Shown here in pieces: positions 41,987 to 52,077 of a DNA stretch of 64,000 bases. The DNA lies in the NCBI GenBank assembly GCA_964291285.2, contig OZ219788.1, forward strand, positions 352,001 through 416,000. Direction: 5' to 3'. The DNA is from Alphaproteobacteria bacterium. GTDB taxonomy: Bacteria > Pseudomonadota > Alphaproteobacteria > Bin95. The position numbers and the translations under genes are program-made. The number at the start of each line of letters is the position of its first letter. Position 1 is the first letter of the stretch. The notes beneath the pieces are model-generated. The model was not told where the DNA came from, did not search any database, and was given only the letters and a program-made list of their open reading frames with translations.

Positions 41987-44345
41987 GGCTGCTCACCAGC
42001 ACCTCGCGCTTGTTCTGGTGGTTGGGGCCGCTGACGACGCCCTGGGCCTCCATTTCCTCGACGATCCGCGCCGCCCGGTTGTAGCCGATGCGCAGATGGC
42101 GCTGGATGAGGCTGACGGAGACCTTGCGCTCCCGGGCCACGAAGGCCACCGCGCGGTCGTAGAGGTCGTCCTCGCCGGTTTCGCCCTCGGCCTTCTCGAA
42201 ACCGGGAATCCCGGAGGCGACATCCTCGTCCTCGGTGATCGCGTCGAGATAGTCCGGCGCGCCCTGCGCCTTCAGGTGGGAGACGATCTCCTCGACCTCC
42301 TCGTCCGAGACGAAGGGGCCGTGGATGCGGGCGATGCGCCCGCCGCCAGCCATGAACAGCATGTCGCCCTGGCCGAGAAGCTGCTCCGCGCCGCCCTCGC
42401 CCAGAATGGTGCGGCTGTCGATCTTGGAGGTGACCTGGAAGCTGATCCGGGTCGGGAAGTTCGCCTTGATCGTCCCGGTGATGACATCGACGGACGGGCG
42501 CTGGGTCGCCATCAGCAGGTGGATGCCGGCGGCCCGCGCCATCTGGGCGAGGCGCTGGATCGCGGTCTCGATGTCGTTGCGCGCCACCAGCATGAGGTCG
42601 GCGAGCTCGTCGATCACCACCACGATGAAGGGCAGCGGGCGCATGTCGAGCGGCTGGTCCTCGAACTCCGGCGCGCCCGTCTCCGGGTCGTAGCCGGTCT
42701 GCACCCGGCGGGTCAGGGTCTCGCCCTGCCTGAGCGCCTCGGCGATGCGCGCATTGTAGCCGCCGATATTGCGCACCCCGAGCGCGGACATCGCCCGGTA
42801 GCGGTTCTCCATCTCGCGCACGGTCCATTTGAGCGCGGTGACGGCCTTCCTGGGGTCGGTGACCACGGGGGTCAGGAGGTGCGGGATCCCCTCATAGACC
42901 GAGAGTTCCAGCATTTTCGGATCGACCATGATGAGCCGGCAGCGTTCCGGCGCCAGCCTGTAGAGCAGCGAGAGGATCATGGTGTTGATCGCCACCGACT
43001 TGCCGGAGCCCGTCGTGCCGGCGATCAGCAGGTGCGGCATCCGTTCGAGCTGGGCGATCCTCGGGGCCCCGCCGATATCCTTGCCGAGGATCAGCGGCAG
43101 GTCGGCCTTCGAGAGTTCGTAGGCCTCGGTCTCGATCAACTCGCGCATGAAGACCGTCTGGCGGATGCGGTTCGGCATCTCGATGCCGATCACCGTGCGG
43201 CCGGGAACCAGCGCGACGCGCACCGAGATCGCGGACATGTAGCGCGCAATGTCGTCGGCAAGGCCGATGATGCGGGAAGACTTGATGCCCGCCTGCGGCT
43301 CGAACTCGTAGAGCGTCACCACGGGGCCGGGCCGCGTCGCCACCACCTCGCCGCCGATGCCGAAATCCTCCAGCACCGACATCAGCAGCGCGGCGTTGCG
43401 CTCCAGCGTTTCCGCGTCCGGCAGGCCGCGCTCGGCATCGGGCGGCGGCAGTTGCAGCAGTTCGACCGGCGGCGCCATGTAGCCACCGTCGAGCGGCAGG
43501 CTGCGCTGCTGGATCGCCGGCCCGCGTTTCCGGCGCCGCGGCGGCTGTTCCGGCGCGGGCGGCGGCGGCACCGGCGGCACCTCCTCCGCTTCCGCGGGAG
43601 GAACCGGACCGTCCTCCCGGACCTCGGCCTGGCGCAGGGTGGGCGCGGCCCGCCGGCGGGTGCGCTGCGGCGCTTCCGTCTGCCGCGCATGGCCGGGGAG
43701 GTTGACCGACGGCACCGGCACGCTGCGGGCCGCCCGGCGCAGCCCGCGCCCGGCGGCGACCACCCCGCCGCCGACCCAGGCCCAGTCCTCCAGGTCGAAG
43801 CCGAACGCCCAGGCCGCGAGCACCGCGCCCAGGCCGAGCGCCGCGGCGCCGGCGAGCCATGCCGGAGCGCCGGTCAGCAGGCCCGCATGCTGGAGCAGCA
43901 CGGTCCCGGCGACGCCGCCCGGGCCCTCGTGGAGCGGCCAGTCGGCGATGCCCTGAAGCGCCGCCAGGCCCATGGCGAGGCAGGGCAGCACGAGGACCAG
44001 CGCGCCCAGGCGCAGCGCCGTGCGGCGGGTCCGCTTCAGCTTGAGGCCCCGGCAGCCCCAGGCGACCGGGCCGACGGCCACGGCCGCGGCCGCGGCGCCG
44101 AAGCCGCGCAGCAGCCAGTCCGCGATCCAGGCGCCGGCCCCGCCCAGCACGTTCGAGGTCGAGCCGCCCGAGGCGACATTGGCCGACGGGTCGGAGGCGT
44201 CGTAGGTGACTAGCGCCAGCGCCAGCGCCAGCCCGAAGGCCAGTTGCGCGCTTCCGAGCGCCCTCAGCCCCATCCGGCGAAGGCCGCGGCGCAGCCGGGG
44301 CGGGAACAGCACCGGCCGCTCTGAACGCATGATCGCGCTGGTCAT
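41976..44345 (-). CDS. ftsK: DNA translocase FtsK
   Basis: N-terminal TM segments, [25 protein letters not shown], gamma domain IGYNRAARI. Confidence 0.97.
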   Translation of the reverse strand: MTSAIMRSERPVLFPPRLRRGLRRMGLRALGSAQLAFGLALALALVTYDASDPSANVASGGSTSNVLGGAGAWIADWLLRGFGAAAAAVAVGPVAWGCRGLKLKRTRRTALRLGALVLVLPCLAMGLAALQGIADWPLHEGPGGVAGTVLLQHAGLLTGAPAWLAGAAALGLGAVLAAWAFGFDLEDWAWVGGGVVAAGRGLRRAARSVPVPSVNLPGHARQTEAPQRTRRRAAPTLRQAEVREDGPVPPAEAEEVPPVPPPPAPEQPPRRRKRGPAIQQRSLPLDGGYMAPPVELLQLPPPDAERGLPDAETLERNAALLMSVLEDFGIGGEVVATRPGPVVTLYEFEPQAGIKSSRIIGLADDIARYMSAISVRVALVPGRTVIGIEMPNRIRQTVFMRELIETEAYELSKADLPLILGKDIGGAPRIAQLERMPHLLIAGTTGSGKSVAINTMILSLLYRLAPERCRLIMVDPKMLELSVYEGIPHLLTPVVTDPRKAVTALKWTVREMENRYRAMSALGVRNIGGYNARIAEALRQGETLTRRVQTGYDPETGAPEFEDQPLDMRPLPFIVVVIDELADLMLVARNDIETAIQRLAQMARAAGIHLLMATQRPSVDVITGTIKANFPTRISFQVTSKIDSRTILGEGGAEQLLGQGDMLFMAGGGRIARIHGPFVSDEEVEEIVSHLKAQGAPDYLDAITEDEDVASGIPGFEKAEGETGEDDLYDRAVAFVARERKVSVSLIQRHLRIGYNRAARIVEEMEAQGVVSGPNHQNKREVLVSSHGD

Positions 44346-44402
44346 CGGACTGACTCCGAAATGTCAAATTTACCGTTATTATACGGCCGTTTGCCCGCTT
44401 GT

Positions 44403-45311
44403 TCAAGTGTCGGTGGAAGCATCGCGAACCGCCCCGGACCGGGCCAGCCGGCTTTCGCGGAAGGCGATATAGGTGGCCGAGGCGAAAATCACCGCGCCGC
44501 CGAGCCAGGACCGGGCGTCCGGCACCTCCGCGAACAGGAAGAACCCGGCGAGGCTCGCCCAGATCAGCCTGAGGAAGTCGAGCGGCAGCACCGCCGTCGA
44601 GTCGGCGAGCTTGACGGCCTGCGCGAACGCGATGTGGCCGGCCGTGCCGACGATGCCGATGGCCGCGAACCAGAGATAGTGCTCCGCCGCCGGCCACTCC
44701 CACACGAACAGCGCCGGCACGAAGGTGATCGGGGTGAGGAAGAGGCCCATATAGACGGTCTGGGTCACGCTCGATTCGGTCCGGGCCAGCACCTTGATGA
44801 GGGTGATCGCCATGCCCCAGGTGAGCGAGGAGACGACGATCAGCAGCGCGCCGGTGCTGATCTCCGCGAAGCCCGGCCGCAGCACCAGCAGCACGCCGGC
44901 GAAGCCCAGCACCAGCGCCGTGATGCGCCGCGCCCGGATGACCTCGCCCAGCAGGACCACCGCCAGCAGGCTGCCGAACAGCGGCGCGGAGAAGGACAGC
45001 GCCGTGACCTCGGCGAGCGGGATCATCGTGACCCCGGTGAAGAAGGCCAGCATCCCGCCCGCCTGCACCGCGCCCCTCAGCGCATGGAGGTGCAGCTTCC
45101 CCGTGCGCAGCGGTGCGGCGCCGTGGCGCAGGAAGATCGGCGCGAGCGCCAGCAGGCCGAACAGGTTGCGGAAGAAGGCGACCTCGAACGGCGGCAGCGC
45201 CTCGCCCATCATCCGCACCATCGTCTGCATCGCCGTGAAGCAGAGCGTGACGGCGACCATCAGGGACATGCCCTGCGCGATGGGCGGCAGGGCCTGGAAG
45301 CGCGCGAGCAT
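44403..45311 (-). CDS. DMT/EamA-family transporter
   Basis: Ten TM segments, FEVAFFRNLFG, LSFSAPLF; start MLARFQ. Confidence 0.9.
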   Translation of the reverse strand: MLARFQALPPIAQGMSLMVAVTLCFTAMQTMVRMMGEALPPFEVAFFRNLFGLLALAPIFLRHGAAPLRTGKLHLHALRGAVQAGGMLAFFTGVTMIPLAEVTALSFSAPLFGSLLAVVLLGEVIRARRITALVLGFAGVLLVLRPGFAEISTGALLIVVSSLTWGMAITLIKVLARTESSVTQTVYMGLFLTPITFVPALFVWEWPAAEHYLWFAAIGIVGTAGHIAFAQAVKLADSTAVLPLDFLRLIWASLAGFFLFAEVPDARSWLGGAVIFASATYIAFRESRLARSGAVRDASTDT

Positions 45312-45479
45312 ACGGCCTTTCCGGACAGCGGACCGCCAGACATAGGCCGCCCCGCCGCATCGGTCGAGACGCCGCCGGCAGGCCAGAGGGTCGCAGCCCC
45401 GGTTCGACAGCCCGGCGTCCCTCATCCTGAGTAGCCCGCCTCCGCCCCCACCGCCGCCTGCCCCCGCGAACCGGCGGGG

Positions 45480-45609
45480 GTCACCCCCGCGAAGGCGGGG
45501 GGCCATCCCTGACCGTTTGCGTCCGCCGCAGCCGTTCGAAACGGGCCCGGACCGCCTGCGTCCGCCGGGAGTGTCAGGGATGGACCCCGGCTCGGAGGCC
45601 GGGGTGACG
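45480..45609. repeat. REP-like palindromic pair
   Basis: GTCACCCCCGCGAAGGCGGGGGGCCA ... TGGACCCCGGCTCGGAGGCCGGGGTGAC: two inverted hairpins about 80 bp apart. Confidence 0.6.
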
Positions 45610-45653
45610 AAAGGGGGCGCGGTGATGCAAGGGGGAGCCGGGCGCCGTCCACG

Positions 45654-45684
45654 AAAAAAAGCGGGCCGCCCGGAGGCGGCCCGC
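45654..45684 (-). terminator. Rho-independent terminator of porin 2
   Basis: Same hairpin and T-run as 20670-20699, on the minus strand. Confidence 0.9.
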
Positions 45685-45711
45685 CCGTCAGTTCCCGGTG
45701 AGGGAGACGGA

Positions 45712-47304
45712 TCAGAAGCTGAGCGTGATGCCGGTGACGAAGGCGGTGCCTTCGGCGTCGGTCTCGTCGTCAGCCATCGTGGTCGCGTCGTCCGTGCCGG
45801 TATTGTCCTCGACCTGGAAGATCGAGGTCTTCCACGCCACGCCCGGCGCCAGCGTGTAGCTGCCGGAGAGCATGGTGGCGTTGCGCTCCGTGCCGGCGTC
45901 GGTCTCATGGGTCATGTGGCCGAGGCTGATCGACATCGGGCCGTCCGTGTAGGTGACGCTCACGCCCCAGACGTCGAAGTCCTTCGACGTGTCGCTCACG
46001 ACCGCCTCGGTGTGCTCGGCAACGAGATTGTTCGCCATAGCGTCGTTGCAGGCGCCATCGCCGGTTGCGGGGCAACGCGGATCGTCCATCTTCTTGTCGG
46101 CCCAGTTGAATTCGGCGCCGCTGACAAATAGCGCGCCAGCGGCCAGATCCGCTGTACCCTTCTTGTACGCTTTGCGGCCGACATCAGCGAGCGCAGATTT
46201 CAAGGCCGCTGCGGTAGTTGCGACATCGCCCGCGTCGGTGGCGGTATTGCTACCCACAGCATACATGATCGGCGTCTTCTGGACCTTGTAGGCGCCGCCG
46301 TCGGAGGTGGCGTAGGCAACGTTGAACTTGAACGCGCCGAAGCTGACGCCCACGCCGGCATTGGTGTAGGTCGCGTCGTCGGCCAGCTTCGACTTGGTCG
46401 TAGCCGGGATGAAATGCAGCTCGTTCTGGCCGGCGGCGTCGACGTCAGTTGCACCGACGATCGTCGTGCCTTTCTCATGACCCCCGCTATCAAGCGCCTT
46501 CCGGTCGCAGGCGGTGTTGGCCAACGCGCTGTACTTTGCCGATCCGCCATCGACGTTCTTCGTCGTCAGGCCGCACAGGTGGTTGCGCCCGGAGGCGTCG
46601 ACCATCTGTTCGCCCGTCTGGCTCCGGCTGCGGTGGCCGAGCGAGAAGGTGACGGCCATGTCGCCGACTTCCTGGCTGAAATTGACGGCCGCGCCCCAGG
46701 AGGCGTCGTCATTGCCCTTGGGCGCGCTGGTGACGCCGCTCTCGTTGGTGGAGTCGGGCGCGTAGGACACGCCGATCTGGAGGCCGGAGATGCGCGGCGA
46801 GATGTAGTTCAGCTTCACGCTGTCGCCGCCGCCTGCCGTGCCGGCATGGCCCGCGGTCTCGAGATAGGCGCCCGGAATCCACTTCTGCGTGTCGCCGGAG
46901 GTGATGCCCACGCCGACATCGCTGATGCCGGAGTGCATCCGCACCATCGCGTGGTCGCGCGCGCCGAACTCGATCTGGCCGAACTCGCCGCTGACGCGGG
47001 CGAAGGATTCGTCGATTTCCGCCGCCTTGTCCCCGTTCTGGTTGCCTTCGAGCTCGACATGGATGGTGTATTTCAGGCCCATGTCGGACTCCAGCGAGCC
47101 CTTGAAGTGGACCTCGCTGTCCGACTGGGTGTCCCAGCCGCCTTCCGCGCCGGCATCGTCGCGGTTGGCGTAGCCGAACCACTGCTGCATGTAGCCGCCG
47201 ACGCCGACCGACAACATGTCAGCCGCCGAAGCCGGCCCCGCCGCCATGACTCCGGCGCATGCCAGAGCGCCGGCAGCTGCGGTCGTCATGAGGAAATTTC
47301 TCAT
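45712..47304 (-). CDS. Gram-negative porin paralogue, 530 aa, with two large inserted loops
   Basis: Starts MRNFLMTTAAAGALACAG exactly as porin 1; shares GDTQKWIPGAYLETAG and LAPGV.WKTSIF; terminal Phe. Confidence 0.93.
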   Translation of the reverse strand: MRNFLMTTAAAGALACAGVMAAGPASAADMLSVGVGGYMQQWFGYANRDDAGAEGGWDTQSDSEVHFKGSLESDMGLKYTIHVELEGNQNGDKAAEIDESFARVSGEFGQIEFGARDHAMVRMHSGISDVGVGITSGDTQKWIPGAYLETAGHAGTAGGGDSVKLNYISPRISGLQIGVSYAPDSTNESGVTSAPKGNDDASWGAAVNFSQEVGDMAVTFSLGHRSRSQTGEQMVDASGRNHLCGLTTKNVDGGSAKYSALANTACDRKALDSGGHEKGTTIVGATDVDAAGQNELHFIPATTKSKLADDATYTNAGVGVSFGAFKFNVAYATSDGGAYKVQKTPIMYAVGSNTATDAGDVATTAAALKSALADVGRKAYKKGTADLAAGALFVSGAEFNWADKKMDDPRCPATGDGACNDAMANNLVAEHTEAVVSDTSKDFDVWGVSVTYTDGPMSISLGHMTHETDAGTERNATMLSGSYTLAPGVAWKTSIFQVEDNTGTDDATTMADDETDAEGTAFVTGITLSF

Positions 47305-47623
47305 AATCCCCGTTGCGGGACGTTCTGCTGAAATTGCCCATAATTCCTGTTGCGGTTTTGCGGCGGCAAAAGGCTTGATTTTCCGATTTTCAGGGACGGA
47401 ATTATCTGATCGGCAAATGTGTGGCGCCGCTGCAACAGTGCTCGTCGGCCGGTGGGGAGTCCGCGCCGGCGTCCGGGCCGGAGGAAGGACCGTCCGCAAG
47501 GTCCTCTCCCTGCCTCTCCCGCAGGCGGGAGAGGAGGCTTCAGGGCGCGCGCCTTTTCCTCCTCCCTCGCAAGCGGAATATGAACAATTTCGGATAAGTT
47601 TGATTTTTATTCGTGTTTTGATC

Positions 47624-47650
47624 TTGACATCTGGCGGATTGTGGTATGAT
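47624..47650 (+). promoter_or_regulatory. Sigma70-like promoter divergent from porin 2
   Basis: TTGACA (47624) and TATGAT (47645); identical to copy 1. Confidence 0.55.
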
Positions 47651-47852
47651 GGTCCCCAGGGAAGCGGCATCCGGAGCCGCGTCCCCGGTGCTGCGCAGCG
47701 CCAGTTTCTGAAAACCCGCGAGAAGCCGACGGGAGACGTGCGTCCTGCGTCTCGCGCGCGCAATCAGGCGCGCGAACCGCGCCGGCGCCGACACGCGCCC
47801 GCGCGGGATACGCGCGAAACAGGGACCCGCTCCCCGTCGGAGAGGAGAGACG

Positions 47853-47969
47853 ATGACCGCAACCGACCCCCGCCCCGCACTGGCGGCGATGCTGCCGGAG
47901 CGCCTCGCACCCGCAGCCGAAGCCCGCGCCGCGCCGGCCCGCAGAGGCGGAGACGGCAGCGGGCCATGA
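47853..47969 (+). CDS. Putative 38-aa peptide (copy 2)
   Basis: Strong RBS; MTATDPRPALAAMLPERLAPAAEARAAPARRGGDGSGP*. Confidence 0.4.
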   Translation: MTATDPRPALAAMLPERLAPAAEARAAPARRGGDGSGP

Positions 47970-48126
47970 CATTCCATGACACTCTCGTCAGTCCCCGCCC
48001 CCGAGCCCTGCCGGATTCGTACATCTCCGGCGTTGGCTTCGCATCGCACGGCCCTCAACCGTCAGCCCGGCCCCCGGGCCGGGCTGACGAAGGGGGTGCA
48101 GCGGACCATGACATTTCCGCAGGGCC

Positions 48127-48812
48127 TGGAGTGGGCCCCTGGTCTCGGACAGTTTTGTTGTAGGAAATTGACAGGTGCGCGGTCATTGGAAGGATCGACG
48201 CCGATGAGGAAGCACCGCACGCACAGCATGGCCTTCAAGCGCCAGGTCGTTGAGGAGTATCTGGCAGGCGAGACGTTTTACGGTCTGGCCCGCCGTCATG
48301 ACCTGTCTCGCACCCTGATCCGGCTGTGGCTGGAGAAATACGAGGCCGGCGCCTTCGATGAGGAGGCCGAGGCGGCTGACACGCTCCGGGCGTATGAGGC
48401 CCGGATCGCGACGCTCGAACGGCTGGTCGGCCGGCAGGCCGCGGAGCTGGAGTTCCTAAAGGGGGCTTTGCGGCAAGGACGGCGGTCGAGGCGCGCGCCC
48501 ATGTCCGTGATCGCCGGCCCCGAGGCCTCTCCGTCGCCGAAGGATGCCGACTGATGGGGATCGCGCGCTCCACCTGTTACCGCGAGCCGCAGAGCCCGGT
48601 CGACGACACCGCCCTGGTCGAGGCGATGCACGAGATCAAGGACGAGTTCGAGGCCTATGGCTGGCGGCGCATGCAGGCGGAACTTCGCCACCGGGGCCGG
48701 ACCGTCAACCACAAGAAGGTCAGGCGGCTGATGCGCGAACACGCCCTGCAGCCGCCGCGCAAGCGCCGCTTTGTCGCCACCACGGACAGCGGCCACGACG
48801 GGCCGGTCTTCC
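48127..48812 (+). mobile_element. IS3-family element, truncated by the IS21 transposon
   Basis: Probable left end TGGAGTGGGCCCCTGGTCTCGGACAG; orfA and partial orfB; no continuation after 54562. Confidence 0.8.
48204..48554 (+). CDS. IS3 transposase OrfA
   Basis: HSMAFKRQVVEEYLAG...LARRHDLSRTLIRLW HTH and a coiled coil LERLVGRQ. Confidence 0.88.
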   Translation: MRKHRTHSMAFKRQVVEEYLAGETFYGLARRHDLSRTLIRLWLEKYEAGAFDEEAEAADTLRAYEARIATLERLVGRQAAELEFLKGALRQGRRSRRAPMSVIAGPEASPSPKDAD

Positions 48813-48817
48813 TGTAG
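48554..48817 (+). pseudogene. IS3 OrfB N-terminal fragment
   Basis: YGWRRM..L...VNHKKVRRLMREHAL, TTDSGH; cut at 48812. Confidence 0.85.
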
Positions 48818-49193
48818 GTGACGGTCGTAAAAGGCGCTTATTTGCTGGCGTTGCGCGTTTTTGCGGGGCGTGATGATCGCAGTGATTGTGGTGCGGCGGT
48901 GTTTGTGACGGGGGCCTGGGACGGAAGGAGGGCGTAGCCCGACTGGAGTCGCCGGCCCCCGTCGCGTTGATATTTTCGCCTGCCGAGGGGAGGGTGTCCT
49001 GGCGCTGTCGGCGGGGGTCGCCGGGCTGCGCGAGGGGGTAGACTGGGGCTGCTGAGAACGATGCGGCGCCGGCCCCGTTTGCTAGGTGGCAACGACCGGC
49101 GCCGCACCCCCCGAGCCATGCAAGGCACGGCCCGTATGCGCAGTATCGTAGGCGTTCGGGCGTGGGTCCACCCCGTTCTCATCGGTCTTTGCG

Positions 49194-49628
49194 ATGAGGA
49201 ACGCCGCCCGCCTGTTCACCTGCGCTTCGTGCCATCGCCAGGTTGTGCTGTGCCGGCGGTGCGACCACGGCAACATCTACTGCTCGCGTCCGTGCAGCGG
49301 CCGGGCGCGGCGGCGCTCGCTGCGCCTTGCCGGGCGTCGCTACCAGAACAGCCGGCGGGGCCGTCACAAGCATGCCGAACGCCAGCGGCGCTACCGCGAG
49401 CGCCGTCGCGTCCGTGCGCCTGAGGAGGGGCGCCGTGCGCAGAAAGTGACGCATCACCCTTTGACCCGTTCACCGCGCCGTCCTGTTGTGGCGGGCATGC
49501 CGGCGGGGCGCTCGGGAAGGAGGCCCTTCGGACCCGACCGTCCCGCCGGAGTGTTCCGCTGCGATCACTGCGGGCGGTTCTGCGCCCGGGCGGTCTATCC
49601 GGGCCTGCGCCCGGCGCGAAGGGAGTGA
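49194..49628 (+). CDS. Cys-rich, Arg-rich Zn-ribbon-like protein upstream of istA
   Basis: CASC..LCRRCD.GNIYCSRPC, a basic helix and a C-terminal CDHC. Confidence 0.7.
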   Translation: MRNAARLFTCASCHRQVVLCRRCDHGNIYCSRPCSGRARRRSLRLAGRRYQNSRRGRHKHAERQRRYRERRRVRAPEEGRRAQKVTHHPLTRSPRRPVVAGMPAGRSGRRPFGPDRPAGVFRCDHCGRFCARAVYPGLRPARRE

Positions 49629-49629
49629 G

Positions 49630-51135
49630 ATGGCGATCGACCAGCAGACCCGGGCCGAGATCCTGCGGCTGTATTTTGCCGAGAAGTGGCGGATCGGCAC
49701 GATCGCGCGCCAGCTCGGCGTCCACCACGGCACGGTCGAGCGCGCGGTGGCGGCCGCCGGGGCGCCCACGCCTGAGAAGCGGCGCAGATCTTCGATGATC
49801 GATCCGTTCCTGCCCTTCGTCCGCCAGACCCTGGCGGTCTGGCCGAAGTTGCCCTCCAGCCGGCTCTACCGGATGGCGGTCGAGCGCGGTTACCGGGGGT
49901 GCGAGAGCCACTTCCGGCGCATGATCGCGCCCGAGCGTCCGCGGCCGGTGGCCGAGGCCTATCTGCGCCTCAAGGCCCTGCCCGGCGAGCAGGCCCAGGT
50001 CGACTGGGCCCACTTCGGCAAGGTGAGGATCGGGCGTGCGGAGCGCCCGCTGATGGCCTTCGTGATGGTGCTCGGCCACTCGCGCCGCCTCTTCCTGCGC
50101 TTCTACCTCAACGCCGGGATGGACAACTTCCTGCGCGGCCATGTCGAGGCCTTCGAGGCTTGGCAGGGCGTGCCCCGCGAGCTCTGGTACGACAATCTGA
50201 AGAGCGTCGTGCTGGAGCGGCGCGGCGACGCCATCCGCTTCAATCCCCGGCTTCTCGACTTCGCAGGCGCCTACCGCTTCCTGCCGAAGCCGGTCGCGGT
50301 CGCCCGAGGCAACGAGAAGGGCCGCGTCGAGCGGGCCATACGCTATGTGCGCGACAGCTTCTTCGCCGCCCGCGCCTGGCGTGACCTCGACGATCTCAAC
50401 GCCCAGGCCCGGGAGTGGTGCGAGGGCGTCGCCGCCGACCGCCCCTGGCCGGACGACCGCTCCCTCACCGTGAGCGAGGCCTTCGAGCGCGAGCGCGGCT
50501 CCCTGATGGCGCTGCCCGACGACCGTCCCCCCGTCGACGAGAGGGTCGAGGTCAGGATCGCCAAGACCCCCTATGCCAGGTTCGACCTCAATGACTACAG
50601 CGTCCCGCATACCCATGTCCGGCGCACCCTCACCGTGGCCGCGACGCTGGAAGAGGTGCGCATCCTCGACGGCATGGAGGTCATCGCCCGCCATCCGCGC
50701 AGCTTCGACAAGGCGGCCCGCATCGAGAACCCCGAACACATTGAGGAGCTGGTCAGGCGCAAGCGTCACGCCCGCAGCCTGCGCGGGCAGAGCCGGCTGC
50801 TCCAGGCCGCGCCCAACAGCGAGCGCCTGATCGCCGAGGCCGCCCCCCGCGGCGCTTATATCGGCGCCACCGTCGCCGCCCTGCTGCGCCTGCTCGACCA
50901 ATACGGCGCCGCCGAGCTCGAAGCCGCCATCGACGAGGCCCTCGAACGCGGCGTCCCCCATCCCAATGCCGTGCGCCTCAGCCTCACACGGCGGCGCGAA
51001 CTGCAGGACAGGCCGCCGCCGATCCCCATCGACCTGCCCAGGGACCCGCGCGTGCGCGACATCGCCGTGCGCGATCACGATCTCGGCGGATACGACGGGC
51101 TGGCCGGCTACCATGAAAAGGACAGCGAAGAATGA
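49630..51135 (+). CDS. istA: IS21 transposase IstA
   Basis: IARQLGVHHGTV, PGEQAQVDW, YDNLKS, EKGRVER. Confidence 0.95.
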   Translation: MAIDQQTRAEILRLYFAEKWRIGTIARQLGVHHGTVERAVAAAGAPTPEKRRRSSMIDPFLPFVRQTLAVWPKLPSSRLYRMAVERGYRGCESHFRRMIAPERPRPVAEAYLRLKALPGEQAQVDWAHFGKVRIGRAERPLMAFVMVLGHSRRLFLRFYLNAGMDNFLRGHVEAFEAWQGVPRELWYDNLKSVVLERRGDAIRFNPRLLDFAGAYRFLPKPVAVARGNEKGRVERAIRYVRDSFFAARAWRDLDDLNAQAREWCEGVAADRPWPDDRSLTVSEAFERERGSLMALPDDRPPVDERVEVRIAKTPYARFDLNDYSVPHTHVRRTLTVAATLEEVRILDGMEVIARHPRSFDKAARIENPEHIEELVRRKRHARSLRGQSRLLQAAPNSERLIAEAAPRGAYIGATVAALLRLLDQYGAAELEAAIDEALERGVPHPNAVRLSLTRRRELQDRPPPIPIDLPRDPRVRDIAVRDHDLGGYDGLAGYHEKDSEE

Positions 51136-51926
51136 CCGACACCCTCATGAACCGCGCCCGCGCGCTGGGCCTGCACGGCCTCCTCGCCCATTGGGGCGAA
51201 GTCGCGGAGCGCGACTGGCTCGCCTCCCTGATCGCGTGGGAAGAAGATGAGAAGCGCGCCCGAAGCCTCAAACGCCGCCTCGCCGACGCCCGCCTCGGAC
51301 AGTTCAAGCCGCTCGCAGACTTCGACTGGGACTGGCCAAGGCGCTGCGACCGCATGGCCGTCGAGGACCTCATGACCCTCGACTTCCTCAAGGAGGCCGC
51401 AAACCTCGTACTGGTCGGACCCAACGGCGTCGGAAAGTCCACCATCGCCGCCAATATCGCCCACCGCGCCGTCCTCGAAGGCCACATCGTGCGCTTCGCA
51501 ACCGCCGCCAGCCTGCTCGGCGAACTCGCCGCCATCGACTCCGACACCCTGCTCCAGCGCAGGCTGCGCTTCTACGCCCGACAGCACCTGCTGGTCATCG
51601 ACGAAGTCGGATATCTCTCCTACTCCAACCGCCACGCCGACCTGCTGTTCAACATCGTCTCAAGCCGCAGCCAGCAGAACTCAACCATAATCACCACGAA
51701 CCGCCCCTTCGCCGAGTGGAGCGAGGCCTTCCCAAACGCCGCCTGCCTGGTCGCCCTCGTCGACCGGCTCGTCCACAACGCCGAGATCGTCGCCATCGAC
51801 GGCGACTCCTGGCGCCGCAAGGAAGCCGAGGAACGTCAGAAGCAGCGCAGCGCCGAACGCCGCCGCCGGCGCGGACCGAAAGCCGGGCAAAGCACTGGAA
51901 AGGCGAACCCGGTCCCGTCGCCATAG
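51132..51926 (+). CDS. istB: IS21 helper ATPase IstB
   Basis: FDWDWP, GPNGVGKS, LVIDEVGY, TTNRPF.EW, DRLVH. Confidence 0.95.
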   Translation: MTDTLMNRARALGLHGLLAHWGEVAERDWLASLIAWEEDEKRARSLKRRLADARLGQFKPLADFDWDWPRRCDRMAVEDLMTLDFLKEAANLVLVGPNGVGKSTIAANIAHRAVLEGHIVRFATAASLLGELAAIDSDTLLQRRLRFYARQHLLVIDEVGYLSYSNRHADLLFNIVSSRSQQNSTIITTNRPFAEWSEAFPNAACLVALVDRLVHNAEIVAIDGDSWRRKEAEERQKQRSAERRRRRGPKAGQSTGKANPVPSP

Positions 51927-52077
51927 CCATGCATCCCTCCCGCCCCCGCGAGCGGCGGGTGCGGGCCGAGAGCCTGCGGGGCTATCCCCTCGAACCCGTC
52001 GCCCGAGCCCTCGGCTACCGCAGCGATCCCGACAATGCCGTGCGCTGGAGACGGCCAGGATCGGTCCTCTCCATCAA

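Larger units (their letters stand above)
45648..47981 (-). repeat. Porin cassette copy 2, inverted paralogue of 18727-20705
   Basis: Shared leader, N-terminal coding sequence and about 60 bp of 3' region including the terminator. Confidence 0.92.

Noticed and set aside
47305-47763. N-terminal extension making porin 2 683 aa
   Set aside because: The paralogue starts at MRNFL with a signal peptide, and the frame is not preserved in copy 1.
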